Shown one piece after another: positions 1-11,300 of a stretch of 64,000 bases of DNA (the first letter of the stretch is position 1; each line of letters starts with the position of its first letter). The DNA comes from Thermoplasmata archaeon. Lineage in GTDB: Archaea; Thermoplasmatota; Thermoplasmata; RBG-16-68-12; JAFNFQ01. The notes under the pieces were generated by a model. The model had not been told where the DNA came from. It did no database searches and worked only from the letters and a program-made list of their open reading frames with translations. The position numbers were made by a program, and so were the translations under genes. The stretch is from contig JBGPQV010000009.1 in NCBI GenBank assembly GCA_041489255.1, positions 31,896 through 95,895 on the forward strand, in the 5' to 3' direction.

Positions 1-1222
1 CGCGGAATCCAGGAAGCTGGTCGTCGGCTCGACGAAGCTCAAAGAGGGGGATTTGGTCACGCTGAATGGGACCAAGGGCCTGGTCTATCAAGGTGCCCTC
101 GCGATGATGGACGCGAGCGAGAACCCGCGCTTCCAGCGATTCATGAAGCTGGTGGACGGGTTCCGAACCATGGGCGTCCGGACGAACGCTGACACGCAGA
201 AGGACGCTAGGGTGGCCAGGGACTTCGGCGCGGAGGGCATCGGCCTGTTCAGGACCGAGCACATGTTCTATGGGAAGGGCTCGGACGAGCCTCTGTTCCT
301 GCTGCGCAAGATGATCCTCAGCAACACGCCGGAGGAGAGACAGGCGGCCGTCGACGAGCTCTACCCGTTCGTCAAGAGGGACATCAAAGCGACCCTGGAG
401 GCCATGGACGGGCTGCCAGTCACTATCAGGCTGCTCGACCCGCCGCTGCACGAATTCGTCCCTCAGGGCAAGGAGGACCAGGCGCAGCTGGCAAAGGCGC
501 TCGGCATCAAGCCGTCCGACGTCAAGAAGCGCGGCAAGGCACTGCAGGAGTCCAACCCGATGATGGGGCACCGGGGCGTCCGCCTCGGCATCACGTATCC
601 CGAGATCACGGAGATGCAGGTGCGCGCAATCCTCGAAGCCTCCGCGGAACTCATCAAGGCGGGCAAGCGCATGAAGCCTGAGATCATGGTCCCGGTGACC
701 TGCGATGTAGGCGAGCTCGACGCCACGAGGGTGATCGTCGACCGCGTCCATAACGAGGTCAGGAAGTCGACCGGCGTCGACGTGCCTTTCCTCTACGGCA
801 CGATGATCGAGATCCCGAGGGCTTGCCTGTTGGCTGACAAGATGGCAAAGTCCGCGCAGTTCTTCTCGTTCGGCACCAACGACCTGACGCAGATGACATT
901 CGGATTCAGCCGCGACGACATCGGGACTTTCCTCCCCGACTATCTGAAGCAGGGCCTGCTGCCCGCCGACCCATTCCAGACCATCGACCAGTCTGGAGTC
1001 GGCCAGCTGATCCAGATGTCTGTGGACAGGGGCCGGGCCGCTCGACCGGATCTCAAGATCGGCATCTGCGGCGAACAGGGCGGCGATCCCGCAAGCGTCG
1101 AGTTCTGTTTCAAGGCCGGGCTGAACTACGTCAGTTGCTCGCCTTTCAGAGTCCCCGTGGCCCGTCTCGCGGCCGCCCAGGCCAATCTGAAACACAAGGA
1201 GGCGGAGAACAGAGGAGTCTAG
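1..1222 (+). CDS. ppdK: Pyruvate, phosphate dikinase, C-terminal part (gene begins before the window)
   Basis: Motifs GAEGIGLFRTEHMF, RLLDPPLHEF, ESNPMMGHRGVRLG, GTMIEIPRA, FSFGTNDLTQ and GICGEQGGDP. The frame is open to the window edge. Confidence 0.95.
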   Translation, partial: AESRKLVVGSTKLKEGDLVTLNGTKGLVYQGALAMMDASENPRFQRFMKLVDGFRTMGVRTNADTQKDARVARDFGAEGIGLFRTEHMFYGKGSDEPLFLLRKMILSNTPEERQAAVDELYPFVKRDIKATLEAMDGLPVTIRLLDPPLHEFVPQGKEDQAQLAKALGIKPSDVKKRGKALQESNPMMGHRGVRLGITYPEITEMQVRAILEASAELIKAGKRMKPEIMVPVTCDVGELDATRVIVDRVHNEVRKSTGVDVPFLYGTMIEIPRACLLADKMAKSAQFFSFGTNDLTQMTFGFSRDDIGTFLPDYLKQGLLPADPFQTIDQSGVGQLIQMSVDRGRAARPDLKIGICGEQGGDPASVEFCFKAGLNYVSCSPFRVPVARLAAAQANLKHKEAENRGV

Positions 1223-1225
1223 GAA

Positions 1226-2002
1226 ATGGGTCTGCTGGACTTCCTCAACACGCCCTATGCGGTAGTCGTAGTCCTGCTGATTTTCGCTTTCCTGCCGCCA
1301 ATAGCCTTTCTAATCTGGGTCAGGAACACCGAACGGTACGGTCGGGAGCCCTGGTTCGCCGTCATCAAGGTTTTCGTCTGGGGTGCCGTGTTTGCGGTGA
1401 TAATCTCCATATTCCTCAGCTTGGGCCTGACCTGGCTCTACAACAGATTCGCGCCCGCATATGTCATCCTAGGGAGCGAGCAGACTCTCGAGTCGCTCGT
1501 GGTCGTACTCGTCGTCGCTCCATTCGTGGAGGAGGGCGCGAAAGCGATCGGGGTCTACACGACGGCGTATAATATCAACGAGGTGGAGGACGGGATTGTC
1601 TACGGCGCCGCCTCCGGTCTCGGCTTCTCAGCCACCGAGAACCTCTTCTACGGGATTGCGGCCCTGGTGATGCTCGGTCCGGCGGGCTCGATCACGCTCA
1701 TCGTGGTGAGGAGCATATCTTCGACGCTGTTGCACGCGAGCGCGACGTCGACGACCGGCCTAGGTATCGGAAAGAGTCTCGTCTCCGGCGGGAAGAATCG
1801 CGTGGCGCCTTATTACCTCATTGCGGTGGCCATGCACGCTTCCTACAACTTCTTCGCGTCCTTCGGGGAGCTGTACAAATCGAGTTTCGGGGACAACGGG
1901 TATCTGTTCGGATTTGCGGCGGCATGGATTTTCGCGATCATAGCATTCAGCGTCCTGAGGGGCAAGATTTCCAAGGGCGAAGGGGGCGTCACCCCCAAAT
2001 GA
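1226..2002 (+). CDS. PrsW-family intramembrane metalloprotease
   Basis: Multi-TM protein with REPW, APFVEEGAK, GLGFSATENLFY, LLHASAT and MHASYN motifs. Confidence 0.9.
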   Translation: MGLLDFLNTPYAVVVVLLIFAFLPPIAFLIWVRNTERYGREPWFAVIKVFVWGAVFAVIISIFLSLGLTWLYNRFAPAYVILGSEQTLESLVVVLVVAPFVEEGAKAIGVYTTAYNINEVEDGIVYGAASGLGFSATENLFYGIAALVMLGPAGSITLIVVRSISSTLLHASATSTTGLGIGKSLVSGGKNRVAPYYLIAVAMHASYNFFASFGELYKSSFGDNGYLFGFAAAWIFAIIAFSVLRGKISKGEGGVTPK

Positions 2003-2074
2003 CCGCGCTGGCGCCAATCTTCAAGCGCTCTCTCACGGCACATTTAATATCCTCCACCCTCATCGAATCGGTGA

Positions 2075-2551
2075 ATGCGGTATCGCTTCTTCCTTGATGG
2101 CCCAGCCTACTCGAAGAACAAGAACTCGTTCAAGAAGCTGCTGAGGAAACATGAGCTATCTTTCAAGGGTTCCTTCGGTGACTTTGTCTGGGAGAACGAC
2201 AGGGAGAAGGTGATTGCGGAGTTCGAACGGGATCTGGAGAAGGACCTGACCATCTCCGCGACACTGGTCTGGGAGGGCCGCAAGAAGACCGAATTCATGG
2301 AGGAGTTGAAAGCCTGGGTCTGGGAGCTTGGCGGGAAAGGGGACAAGGACGAGGCGCCCGCTCCCAAAGCATCCGAGGTCGAATCGCGAATCGACGAGGA
2401 GATGGGATTCTGGGACGGCATCAACAAGCCTGACGTGGATCACCTAAGGGTGACGGGAAGGCCCGAGGAGTGGATAATGAGGGATTTGGAGGACTGGAAG
2501 AAGCGCAGGCGCGAGAAGAAGAGGGAGCTCGTGGAGAAGTACCGCGCCTAG
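2075..2551 (+). CDS. Hypothetical protein
   Basis: 158-aa ORF with host-like codon use and TATA-like TTTAATA about 30 bp upstream. Confidence 0.7.
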   Translation: MRYRFFLDGPAYSKNKNSFKKLLRKHELSFKGSFGDFVWENDREKVIAEFERDLEKDLTISATLVWEGRKKTEFMEELKAWVWELGGKGDKDEAPAPKASEVESRIDEEMGFWDGINKPDVDHLRVTGRPEEWIMRDLEDWKKRRREKKRELVEKYRA

Positions 2552-2715
2552 GTGGCGGACGGAGCCGGCGCCATTAGGCTCTCGATGCAGTCGAAGCAGA
2601 ATCCCTGCCGCTTGTCGTTCGGGAGGAGCACGAGCCTCATCCCGCAACGCCGACAGTAGCTGACTTTCTCGTCGTCAAGCTCATACTTCCTAATATCTGG
2701 ACGAAGCCGCAACAA
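2548..2715 (-). CDS. Small zinc-ribbon protein (CxxC...CxxC)
   Basis: CRRC...CFDC. Likely TTG start after GGAGGAG, with a TATA-like TTTTTATA upstream on the minus strand. Confidence 0.55.
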   Translation of the reverse strand: MLRLRPDIRKYELDDEKVSYCRRCGMRLVLLPNDKRQGFCFDCIESLMAPAPSAT

Positions 2716-2859
2716 GAACTCTCCTCCTGCATGCAAGACGGGCGAGCAGGGGAGAGGACCGAGTCTATAAAAAAGTTCCTGACTAAGGAGACGCGCAGCG
2801 AGATACAATGATGTCTCTGAGGCCAAGGTTTTTCTCAAGGGCTGCGCATCCCGCGCGAG

Positions 2860-3477
2860 ATGAGAGGCAGTTTTGTCACGTTTGAGGGCATCGACGGCTC
2901 CGGGAAGACGAGCGTCGCCAGAAAGACCGCCGCGAGATTACGGCGGCGGGGGCTGCCGATCGTCCTCACCACCGAGCCCACGAAGACTTGGCTCGGCGAT
3001 GCGGTCAAGCGGAGCTACAGAGAGCCCGTGAGCAATTTCACCGAAGCCTTTCTCTTCATGGCGGACAGGGCGACGCACACCATGAGAATCGAGGAGATGC
3101 TCGGGAAGGGGAAGCTGGTGATAAGTGACAGGTACTGCGACTCCACCTATGCTTACCAGGCGGCTAGGTTGAAGGGAATGGTGAAGGACCCGATGAATTG
3201 GCTGAAACGAATCAGCGAACCGTTCGTCATCGAGCCGGACTTGACGATATTGCTGGATATCGAACCCCGGAGTGGACTAAGGAGAATCGCAGCGAGGAAG
3301 AAGAAGGTGCACTTCGAGAACGAGCCGTTCCTCAGGCAGGTGAGGCGGAATTATCTCGCCCTTGCGGGGGAAAGGAGGTTCGTCGTGCTGGATGCGTCTC
3401 GCTCTCTCGACGAGGTCGTTGAGGATTCAGTTGACGTGATCAGTTCGCGATTGCGAGTATCAAAGGGTCTTCGGTGA
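2860..3477 (+). CDS. tmk: Thymidylate (dTMP) kinase
   Basis: FEGIDGSGKTS P-loop, TTEP, LFMADR, SDRYCDSTYAYQ and PDLTILLD. Confidence 0.95.
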   Translation: MRGSFVTFEGIDGSGKTSVARKTAARLRRRGLPIVLTTEPTKTWLGDAVKRSYREPVSNFTEAFLFMADRATHTMRIEEMLGKGKLVISDRYCDSTYAYQAARLKGMVKDPMNWLKRISEPFVIEPDLTILLDIEPRSGLRRIAARKKKVHFENEPFLRQVRRNYLALAGERRFVVLDASRSLDEVVEDSVDVISSRLRVSKGLR

Positions 3478-3751
3478 TGCGGACGGTCGGGTTCTCCTCC
3501 TGAGCGAGGAAGGCCTTGGCGAAAAGGATGGCCCGTTCTACGTTTCCCCTGCTCAGCTCTGCCAGGAAAGCTCTACCGAAGACGGTCTTCGGGCTGGGCA
3601 GAGAGGGGAAGCCGCTCATCCAGCATCTACTTGGCCGCGTGACACCATATAGCTCGGCCTGTCAGAATCACCGGTGATTATCTCGCGAGATTGTGAGAAT
3701 CAAGCGGCGAAACGTTTCCACGACGCGACGAGCGATTCGACCCTCGTCCAT

Positions 3752-3768
3752 GGAAAAAAGTATTTATC
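3752..3768 (+). promoter_or_regulatory. Archaeal BRE/TATA promoter of the HerA-like gene
   Basis: GGAAAAAAG-TATTTAT about 40 bp upstream of ATG 3806. Confidence 0.5.
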
Positions 3769-3805
3769 GAGGCGCTAGGATTACTCAACACTCGCGGATG
3801 CACTC

Positions 3806-5302
3806 ATGGACGCAAGTGTTCAGAACCATTCAGTGGTATCCAGCGACGCCGCTGAAGGGTTCGTCGGCGTGATTTATGGCGATGTCGGCACGACAAGCTT
3901 CAGGTGCAGCGCGATCGGGCCGATAGACCGCAACGAGTTCGTCCAGGTCAGGCACTGGCAGTGCGGAATGGTGCTCGGCAGGGTCGAGGAGCTTCAGAGG
4001 AAGACCGACCTGTCGTTGGAGAGGGCCCAGCTGGTCTCCGACGGCGAGGACGTGCAGGTCGACGAGAAGGTCTCGGCGGCGATCCACGTCATCGGGTACA
4101 GGGACGAGCGCGGGCTCCTCCAGGTGCCGAGGACGCCGTTCAGGGCTGGGGAGTCGGTGTACAAGGCCGAGGACTCCCTCATAAGGCAGGTCATCGGCCT
4201 CCTGGACAGCGAGAGGAAGGGGGCCTACATCGGAGTGCTCAACGGGCACGAGATCCAGATATACCTCGACATCAACGCGATGGTGCAGAAGCACGTGAGC
4301 GTGCTCGCGAAGACTGGCGGCGGCAAGAGCTACGTCGTCGGCGTGCTCATGGAGGAATTCATGAAGCATGGTGTGACGGTGGTGATAATCGACCCGCACG
4401 GGGAGTACTCCTCTCTCCGCGACAAGTCGAAGGCCGAGGCGACAGAGAGGAAGTTCGGCGTCAAGCCAAGGAGCTACTCTGATCAAGTCCTCGAGTTCTC
4501 GCCCGATGTGAAGGTGAATCCCTCGGCCCACCCTCTGAGGTTCACGCTCGGTAACCTCGAAGCGAGGGACATACTAGGCCTCACGAAGCTGTCAAACCAG
4601 AGGAGCCACCTGCTGATGCTCAGGAAGGTGCTGGACGCGCTCAGGATGGCGGGCAAGGCCTACTCGCTCGCGGAGATAATCGCCCTGCTTGATGTGGAGG
4701 ACGACACCACGGTAGGCTCTCTGATCGACGAGCTGGAATACCTGCGCGAGGTCGAGATATTCGCCAAGGAAGGCACGAAGATCGACGACCTCGTCGTCAA
4801 GGGCAAGTGCACCATCATCAACCTGAAGGGCAGCCCGCCGGACATCCAGGAGCTCGTCGTCAGCAGGATAGCGAGCGCGCTGTTCGAGCTGCGCAAGGTC
4901 AACAAGGTCCCTCCGATGCTGCTGGTGCTCGAGGAGTCGCACAACTTCTGCCCCCAGATGGGCGTGGCTGCGTCGTCCAAGATACTCCGCACGATAGCCT
5001 CCGAGGGCAGGAAGTTCGGCCTGGGGCTGCTCATCGTGACACAGCGCGCGGCCAAGGTTGATAAGAACGTGCTGAGCCAGTGCAACACGCAGATAATCCT
5101 CAAGGTCACCAACCCCAACGACCTGAGGGCGATAACCGCCAGCGTCGAAGGGCTCACGGCCTCGATGGAGGACGAAGTCCAGAGGCTGCCGATCGGGGTG
5201 GCCATAATCACCGGAGGCGGGATTCAGATGCCTCTCATGGTGGAGATCAGGCCGAGGGAGACCCGCCACGGCGGCGAGAGCGTCAAGGTCCTGCCCGACT
5301 AG
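3806..5302 (+). CDS. HerA/FtsK-like ATPase (HAS-barrel + DUF87)
   Basis: N-terminal HAS-barrel-like region, Walker A LAKTGGGKS, IIDPHGEY, LEESHNF, EGRKFG and TQR...LSQCNT. Confidence 0.9.
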   Translation: MDASVQNHSVVSSDAAEGFVGVIYGDVGTTSFRCSAIGPIDRNEFVQVRHWQCGMVLGRVEELQRKTDLSLERAQLVSDGEDVQVDEKVSAAIHVIGYRDERGLLQVPRTPFRAGESVYKAEDSLIRQVIGLLDSERKGAYIGVLNGHEIQIYLDINAMVQKHVSVLAKTGGGKSYVVGVLMEEFMKHGVTVVIIDPHGEYSSLRDKSKAEATERKFGVKPRSYSDQVLEFSPDVKVNPSAHPLRFTLGNLEARDILGLTKLSNQRSHLLMLRKVLDALRMAGKAYSLAEIIALLDVEDDTTVGSLIDELEYLREVEIFAKEGTKIDDLVVKGKCTIINLKGSPPDIQELVVSRIASALFELRKVNKVPPMLLVLEESHNFCPQMGVAASSKILRTIASEGRKFGLGLLIVTQRAAKVDKNVLSQCNTQIILKVTNPNDLRAITASVEGLTASMEDEVQRLPIGVAIITGGGIQMPLMVEIRPRETRHGGESVKVLPD

Positions 5303-5397
5303 CCGTCTTCCCTCGGGCAATCCGTCCTAAACCGATAAATACGCGGTAATGGTTTTAGACAGTCAACCTCTGACGCGCACGGGAGGAGTGGGCAGAA

Positions 5398-8300
5398 TTG
5401 TTAAAGACAAGCCTCTTGGCTCTGCTAGTGCTGGTGCTTCTGGTCGTACCGTCGGTTCCGTATGTCCAGGGAACTCATGTTGCGGGTGTTGAAGAATCCG
5501 GCCAGGCGATTTCGCTGGATTCAACCGCAGATCAAACGCAGGGCTGGACGCAGACGAGCATCGAGGATACGCTGGTCGCGGATGCCGGGAAGCAGTTTGT
5601 GGACGTCGTCGTTTTCACAAGCGACGCAGGCGAGCTCGGACGTGCGCTGTCGAGCATGCCTCACCAGGGGGTCGTCGGCACCGCCAGCGGCGGCGGTTTC
5701 AGCACGCCCCGCATCCAGGTCCCCGCGTGGGCACTCGAAAGAATCAAATCGCTTCCATCCACCATCGGCGTGTACGACTATGAATCTCCCGAGAGACAGA
5801 TAATGGACGATGCAGAAATCATGTCTGGCGAGGGTGTCGTCCCGACTAACATAGATTCTGTGAACAATCACAAGGCACCTGCCGCCTGGGCGCGGGGCTA
5901 CAGGGGCGAGGGGACGGAGATCGCGATAGTGGACGACGGGATAGATTTCGCACATCCGGATCTCCTGGGGACGGTCGCGAGGTACAACGCCAGCGAGGTC
6001 CCTCAGGCCACGCTGAACCAGAAGCCCTGGCTGGGCACTTACGACGGCTGGCCGATCGCCTACGACCCGACATCGATGTCCGGATGGTTCGCCAAGGGAG
6101 GGAAGGCGGAGGGCACTTGGTACGCAAACACGACCTCGACCGACGACACCGTATGGCACACCATCAAGGTCGACGGCAAGAACGACTTCTGGACCGACGG
6201 TAGCGAGAAGATCGGGAGCGACAGCAACAGCGACATAGTCGAGATTAATGGCACCGAGACGAGGCAGGACTACAACCTCATAGACCTCTGGGCCACCCAA
6301 GACCAGAACAACTGGTACTTCGCCTTCTCTTCAAAGGCGAACCACTCGACGATGAACTTCGGGCTCTACATCAACACGACATCGTCGCCGCCATGGACCG
6401 CGGGTGCGACGTACGATCCTGTGAACGGCAATCTCATCACGCCCGTTTCGAACCATACCCCCGAGTTCGCGATCTATATGACCCACAACGGCGGACAGCT
6501 GCCGGGACACTACGACAAGAACGACACGATCGACAACGCGACGGTGTGGAAGTGGATCGGCTCTGCATGGGGATCGCCGGTCAACGTCACCGATTCCCCG
6601 ATAAACGGGCAGTTCGGTTACGGGAAATACGACTTCAAGAAAGGCGTGGGCTTCGTCGAGATCATGATACCGAAGTCCTACCTCGGCAACCCGCCGGGGG
6701 TGTCGGTGGAGCTCTTCACAACTGGCACGAATGTCTCGCACGCGCAGGACACGTGCTACGAGGATCCAAACGTAAACTTCGCCAACCCTGACTGGTCCAG
6801 CACGCCCACTCAACTGTCAGCCTTCGTGCAAGTGGAGCGCAGCTTCTGGCATCACACGAGGAACAAGGTCGGCGACAGGGCGACGCTCTCATGGCCGATA
6901 CACTACATCACCACCGGCACGAGCAAGAGCGGCTCATATTTCTTCGGGGATCACCCGGACAAGAACCTGCCCCAGACCAGGGTACTCGTCGTCGATGAGG
7001 CGGCGGCGGGGGTCTACGACACGGTCTACGACACGGTCTACGTCGACCTCGACCACAACAAGGACTTCCATAACGACAAGGCGCTGAAGAAACTTGGAAA
7101 GTACGATGCGTCGTTGAACTGGCATCCGGTCGATTGGAACGGCCAGGGGACCATCTACGACGAGACCTCGTACATGGACTTCTACGATCCGGGAGGGGCG
7201 GTGAGGACGGTTGCGTACTCGTCCGACGGCAAATGGCTCGTGTCCGGCGGGGAAGACCACCAGGTGGTGCTCTGGGACACGTCGAACTGGGCGATCAAGT
7301 GGTCGACGAACCCGCGCGATGGCCGCCCTGTCTCGTCCGCATTCTCACCTGACAGCAACAGCGTGGCGGTCGGGTTCCACGACGCCTCGGGCGGCAGGTA
7401 CTACGTCGTGATCTGGGACGTGGCGACTGGGACCATCACGCACACGCTCGCCGGTCACACGGGGAGCGTGAACGGTCTCGCCTGGTCGCAGGACGGTACC
7501 AAGATTGCATCCGCGTCATCCGACGGCACAGGGAGGATATGGGTCGTTGCCACGGGTTCATACATTGAGCTGGCAGGACACACCAACGCCGTGACCGGTG
7601 TAGCGTGGAGGTGGTCGGACAACATAGTCGCGACCAGCTCTCTGGATGGCACGATACGCCTGTGGGACTCGTCGGGCACGAGCACCGCAAGGCTGGTCTA
7701 CGGCCCGCCTCTGTCCGCAGTTGACTTCAACCCGACCGGCACGATCCTTGCGGCCGCGTCGTTCGATGGCAACGTCACGCTCTGGAACACCGTCACTCGG
7801 CTGTTCTCAGCCGCCGCGGCTCACGGAGGCAACGGAGTGCTCAGCGTCAAGTTCAACAACACCGGCACCGGGCTCGTCACTACATCGAACGTGACCGGCG
7901 ACTTCGACGCGACCGTGGTGACCTGGGACGTCGTTGCATGGGACAACTTCTTCCCGAGGGCCTCGGGGGCGAGCGCCTGCTACGAGAGCGCCCGGGGATA
8001 CCGGTCGCCTGCGGGCGCGTTCGCGGCGAATGGCACACAGGTCGCATCGGCCTGCGGCAGCAGCTCGATAAAGCTGTGGGACAACAACCTAAGGCTTCAG
8101 GGCACGCTCAGGGGGCACCGCATAGGAGTCACGGACTACACGATATGGGATGCGGGCGACGGTCTACCTGACATCTCCGGCGGGATGATTTACTTCATCG
8201 CGCAGAACTATTATTACGCCGCCACCACCAGCTGGGGGACGCCGATTCCGTATTCTGACGCCTACAAGAGCCGAAATGGCCAGGAGAATCTCTTCATCCC

Positions 8301-11300
8301 CGTCAACGGCACGCTCGTCGCTTTCATGGGCGAGATGGACCTGGGTAACAAGCACGGGACTCTGATGGCTTCCAGTATCGTCGGCAGGGGGGCATCGAGG
8401 TACTACGACTCTACCACGACGATACCTTACCCGATGAAGGAACCGACTGCGCCGCAGGTGGTCGGCATCGCGCCCGCAGCGAAGCTGGTCCCGATAGCGA
8501 ATGTGTACACAAGTAGTGTCTTCGAAGGGTGGTGGTTCACCGTCCAGGGATACGACGGCGCACCGGCGAGCGGCGACGAGCCGCAGATTGCGGCGAACGG
8601 CTTGAGTTTCAGCAGCACCTTCGAGGACGGCTGGGACTTCTACTCGCGGTTCGCCGACTGGATCACCATGGTCTACGCGAGTGGCAGCGTCGCCTTCACG
8701 ATGTCGGCGGGAAACGACGGTAACGGCTACGGTACCGTGACATCGCCCGGCTCTGGAGCTGGGGTGATCAGCGTCGGGGCCAGCACTGACTTCTTCTACC
8801 GCAAGGCATCTGGGTTGGAAGGGGGCTCGAGCCAGAGCTACGGTGATGTGGTGCCATTCTCCAGCCGAGGCCCGACAGCACTTGGAGCGCCCGATCCCCA
8901 CATGCTCGCGAACGGCCGCATGTCCTACGGCTCGACCCCGCTCAACCTCGTGATCCCATACAACGGACAGATAGCGAGCGAGCTCTGGTCTGGGACGAGC
9001 TTGTCATCGCCACTGGCGGCGGGCATACTCGCGATGACCGAGCAGGCCTACAAGCAGAAGCACGGCCATTGGCCCGATGCAGCAACCGCCAAGTCCCTCC
9101 TGATGAGCTCGTGCGACGACATCAACTACGACGCCTACTCGCAGGGCGCGGGCTTCCTCAACGCGGACCGCGCCACGAAGCTGGCGGAGGAGAGCGAGGG
9201 ATTCTACGTCACTCCCTCTCTCTGGACCCCGGGCAACTACTCCGGACAGAAGTATGAGGCCTTCACATCGCTTCTCGACCCGGGCTCCTCCGACTCCCAG
9301 ACATTCACGATAGGTAACATTCATCAGACGGCCGCGCGGACAGCCAACCTGTCCGCCGAGATATTCCACAGGTTCTCACAAGTCGATCTCGCGGTGAACA
9401 CGCTGGCGGACTTCACCGGTGTCGCGATTGACAACTACGTCACTCTGTCGGTGCTCAGCCCGGCCGCGCAGACCCTCGGCGGCCCCGGAGCGTACCAGCT
9501 CATCCCTCCAACGGTGATGAAGAAGCGCGCGTCGATCAACGTGGCAGACTGGATCAGGGCGGACCTGTTGCGGGTCACGATATCTGCCAATTTCACCTCG
9601 CTGGACGGGGACGGTGACGGCATCCTTGGCGGGTCGAAGGACTTCACTTACAACATCGACCTGTACGACTGGACCTGGGACGGGCTTAACCCGATAATGC
9701 CGCACACGGGCAACTTCGCGGACCTCAACAGGATGACAATCAACCATCCAACCGCGAACGTCGTCCAAGCGACTATCCGCAACCCCGCGATGAGGACGCA
9801 CGACGGCCTTGTGGTCGGCATCAGGAGGTTCCCGTACGGCGCGAAGGACATCTACTTCCGGATCAGTATCGAATTCTTCGAGAAGACGACGTGGTCCCCG
9901 TTCCTCACGCTCGACAATAATTCGGTGAACGTCCCTCCGAACTCGAATGCGACATTCACCGCCACCGTGAACGTCCCCTCGAATATCCCGATCGGTAGCT
10001 ACGAGGGATCGATCTACGTCAAGGGCAACCCGCAGCACGACATCAAGACGTGGGAGGTCGTGAGGACGAACACGAAGTACGCCGCGCTGAACCAGTTCAA
10101 CATAGTGAGCATCGCGGTCTGGCGCGGGGCTGTCAAACTGAGGCCGGGCATCGACTATGTCGCCTACAACGACACCGGAGTCGTCGAGTTCAAGATTGTC
10201 CTGGGGCTGGGGAACATCATGAAGGTGGACTACTGGTACGACCAGGTGGTCACGATCCCCGTCTCCGTCACGGTGCCCGCTCACGGAGTCATTTTCAACT
10301 GGTCGGCGGGCCAGGTGCCCGGACAGGACGAGTTCTACTCGAATGTGATCTCTGCGGGCTTCGGGCTGGGCGGGCAGTCTGGCGACTGGCGCTTCTACCC
10401 GACGTTGCTGCCGCAGGGCGGGCTGTACGACCTATCCAAGACCTTGCGCTTCATCGCGGAGGTGAGCTGGGATCTTAACAGGACGGACATCGACGTCTTC
10501 TCGTTCGGCCCAGGCGGCTCCGTCGTCGCGGTGGGCTCCGACCTGTCCACGCAGAGATACGGGCCGTTCCTGGTCGGCAGGAACAACGGCGGCAGCACGA
10601 CCACAGCCCTCGTATTCACCACGACCGGGGGGAACATGGAGATAGCATCGCCGGCCTTCGCCGGTGGGCTCAACATAATCGCCGTGCACGTCGTGCACAT
10701 GAACGGCCTGCGCTACAGGGAGAACGTCTCCGGGGAGGTCGGTCTCTTCGGTCTCAACCCGAAGGAACTGACCGTGGTCACCAACAAGCTGTACGGGCGC
10801 AGGGCGTTCCAGATATTCAGCACAATGAGCTGGCCAGGCATCGGAGCGGTATCCGCTGGCCCGGCGCCGCCGGAGCGCTACATGAACGAGCACATTAAAC
10901 AGGACTCGACCGAGGGGACGGACTTCGTCTCGATACTCTCCAAGGGTTCCTACACCCGCCTCGTCCGTGTCAAGCCGAGTGCACTCATCTTCAGCGCGAA
11001 CACATCGAGCGATCAAGGCTACACCGACAAGCCCTGTTCCGACCTCGACCTGGGCGTCTTCCTCGACGGCAAAGGGCCTGGCAACGTCCCTGACGGCATC
11101 GCGCAGCCGGAGGAGTTCGTCGTCTACTCCGCCGGTCAAAGCGCGACGGAGGAGGTGAGGCTGATCAGGCCAACCGTCGAGGACGACCCGGACACGCCGA
11201 GCATCAACGAGATGGAGGTCGGCGCGCCCTACCTGATAAAGGTCCTGGGCTACATCGTCCCTTGGGCTCCTTACGGCACGTTCAACGTGGACGTCACCCT

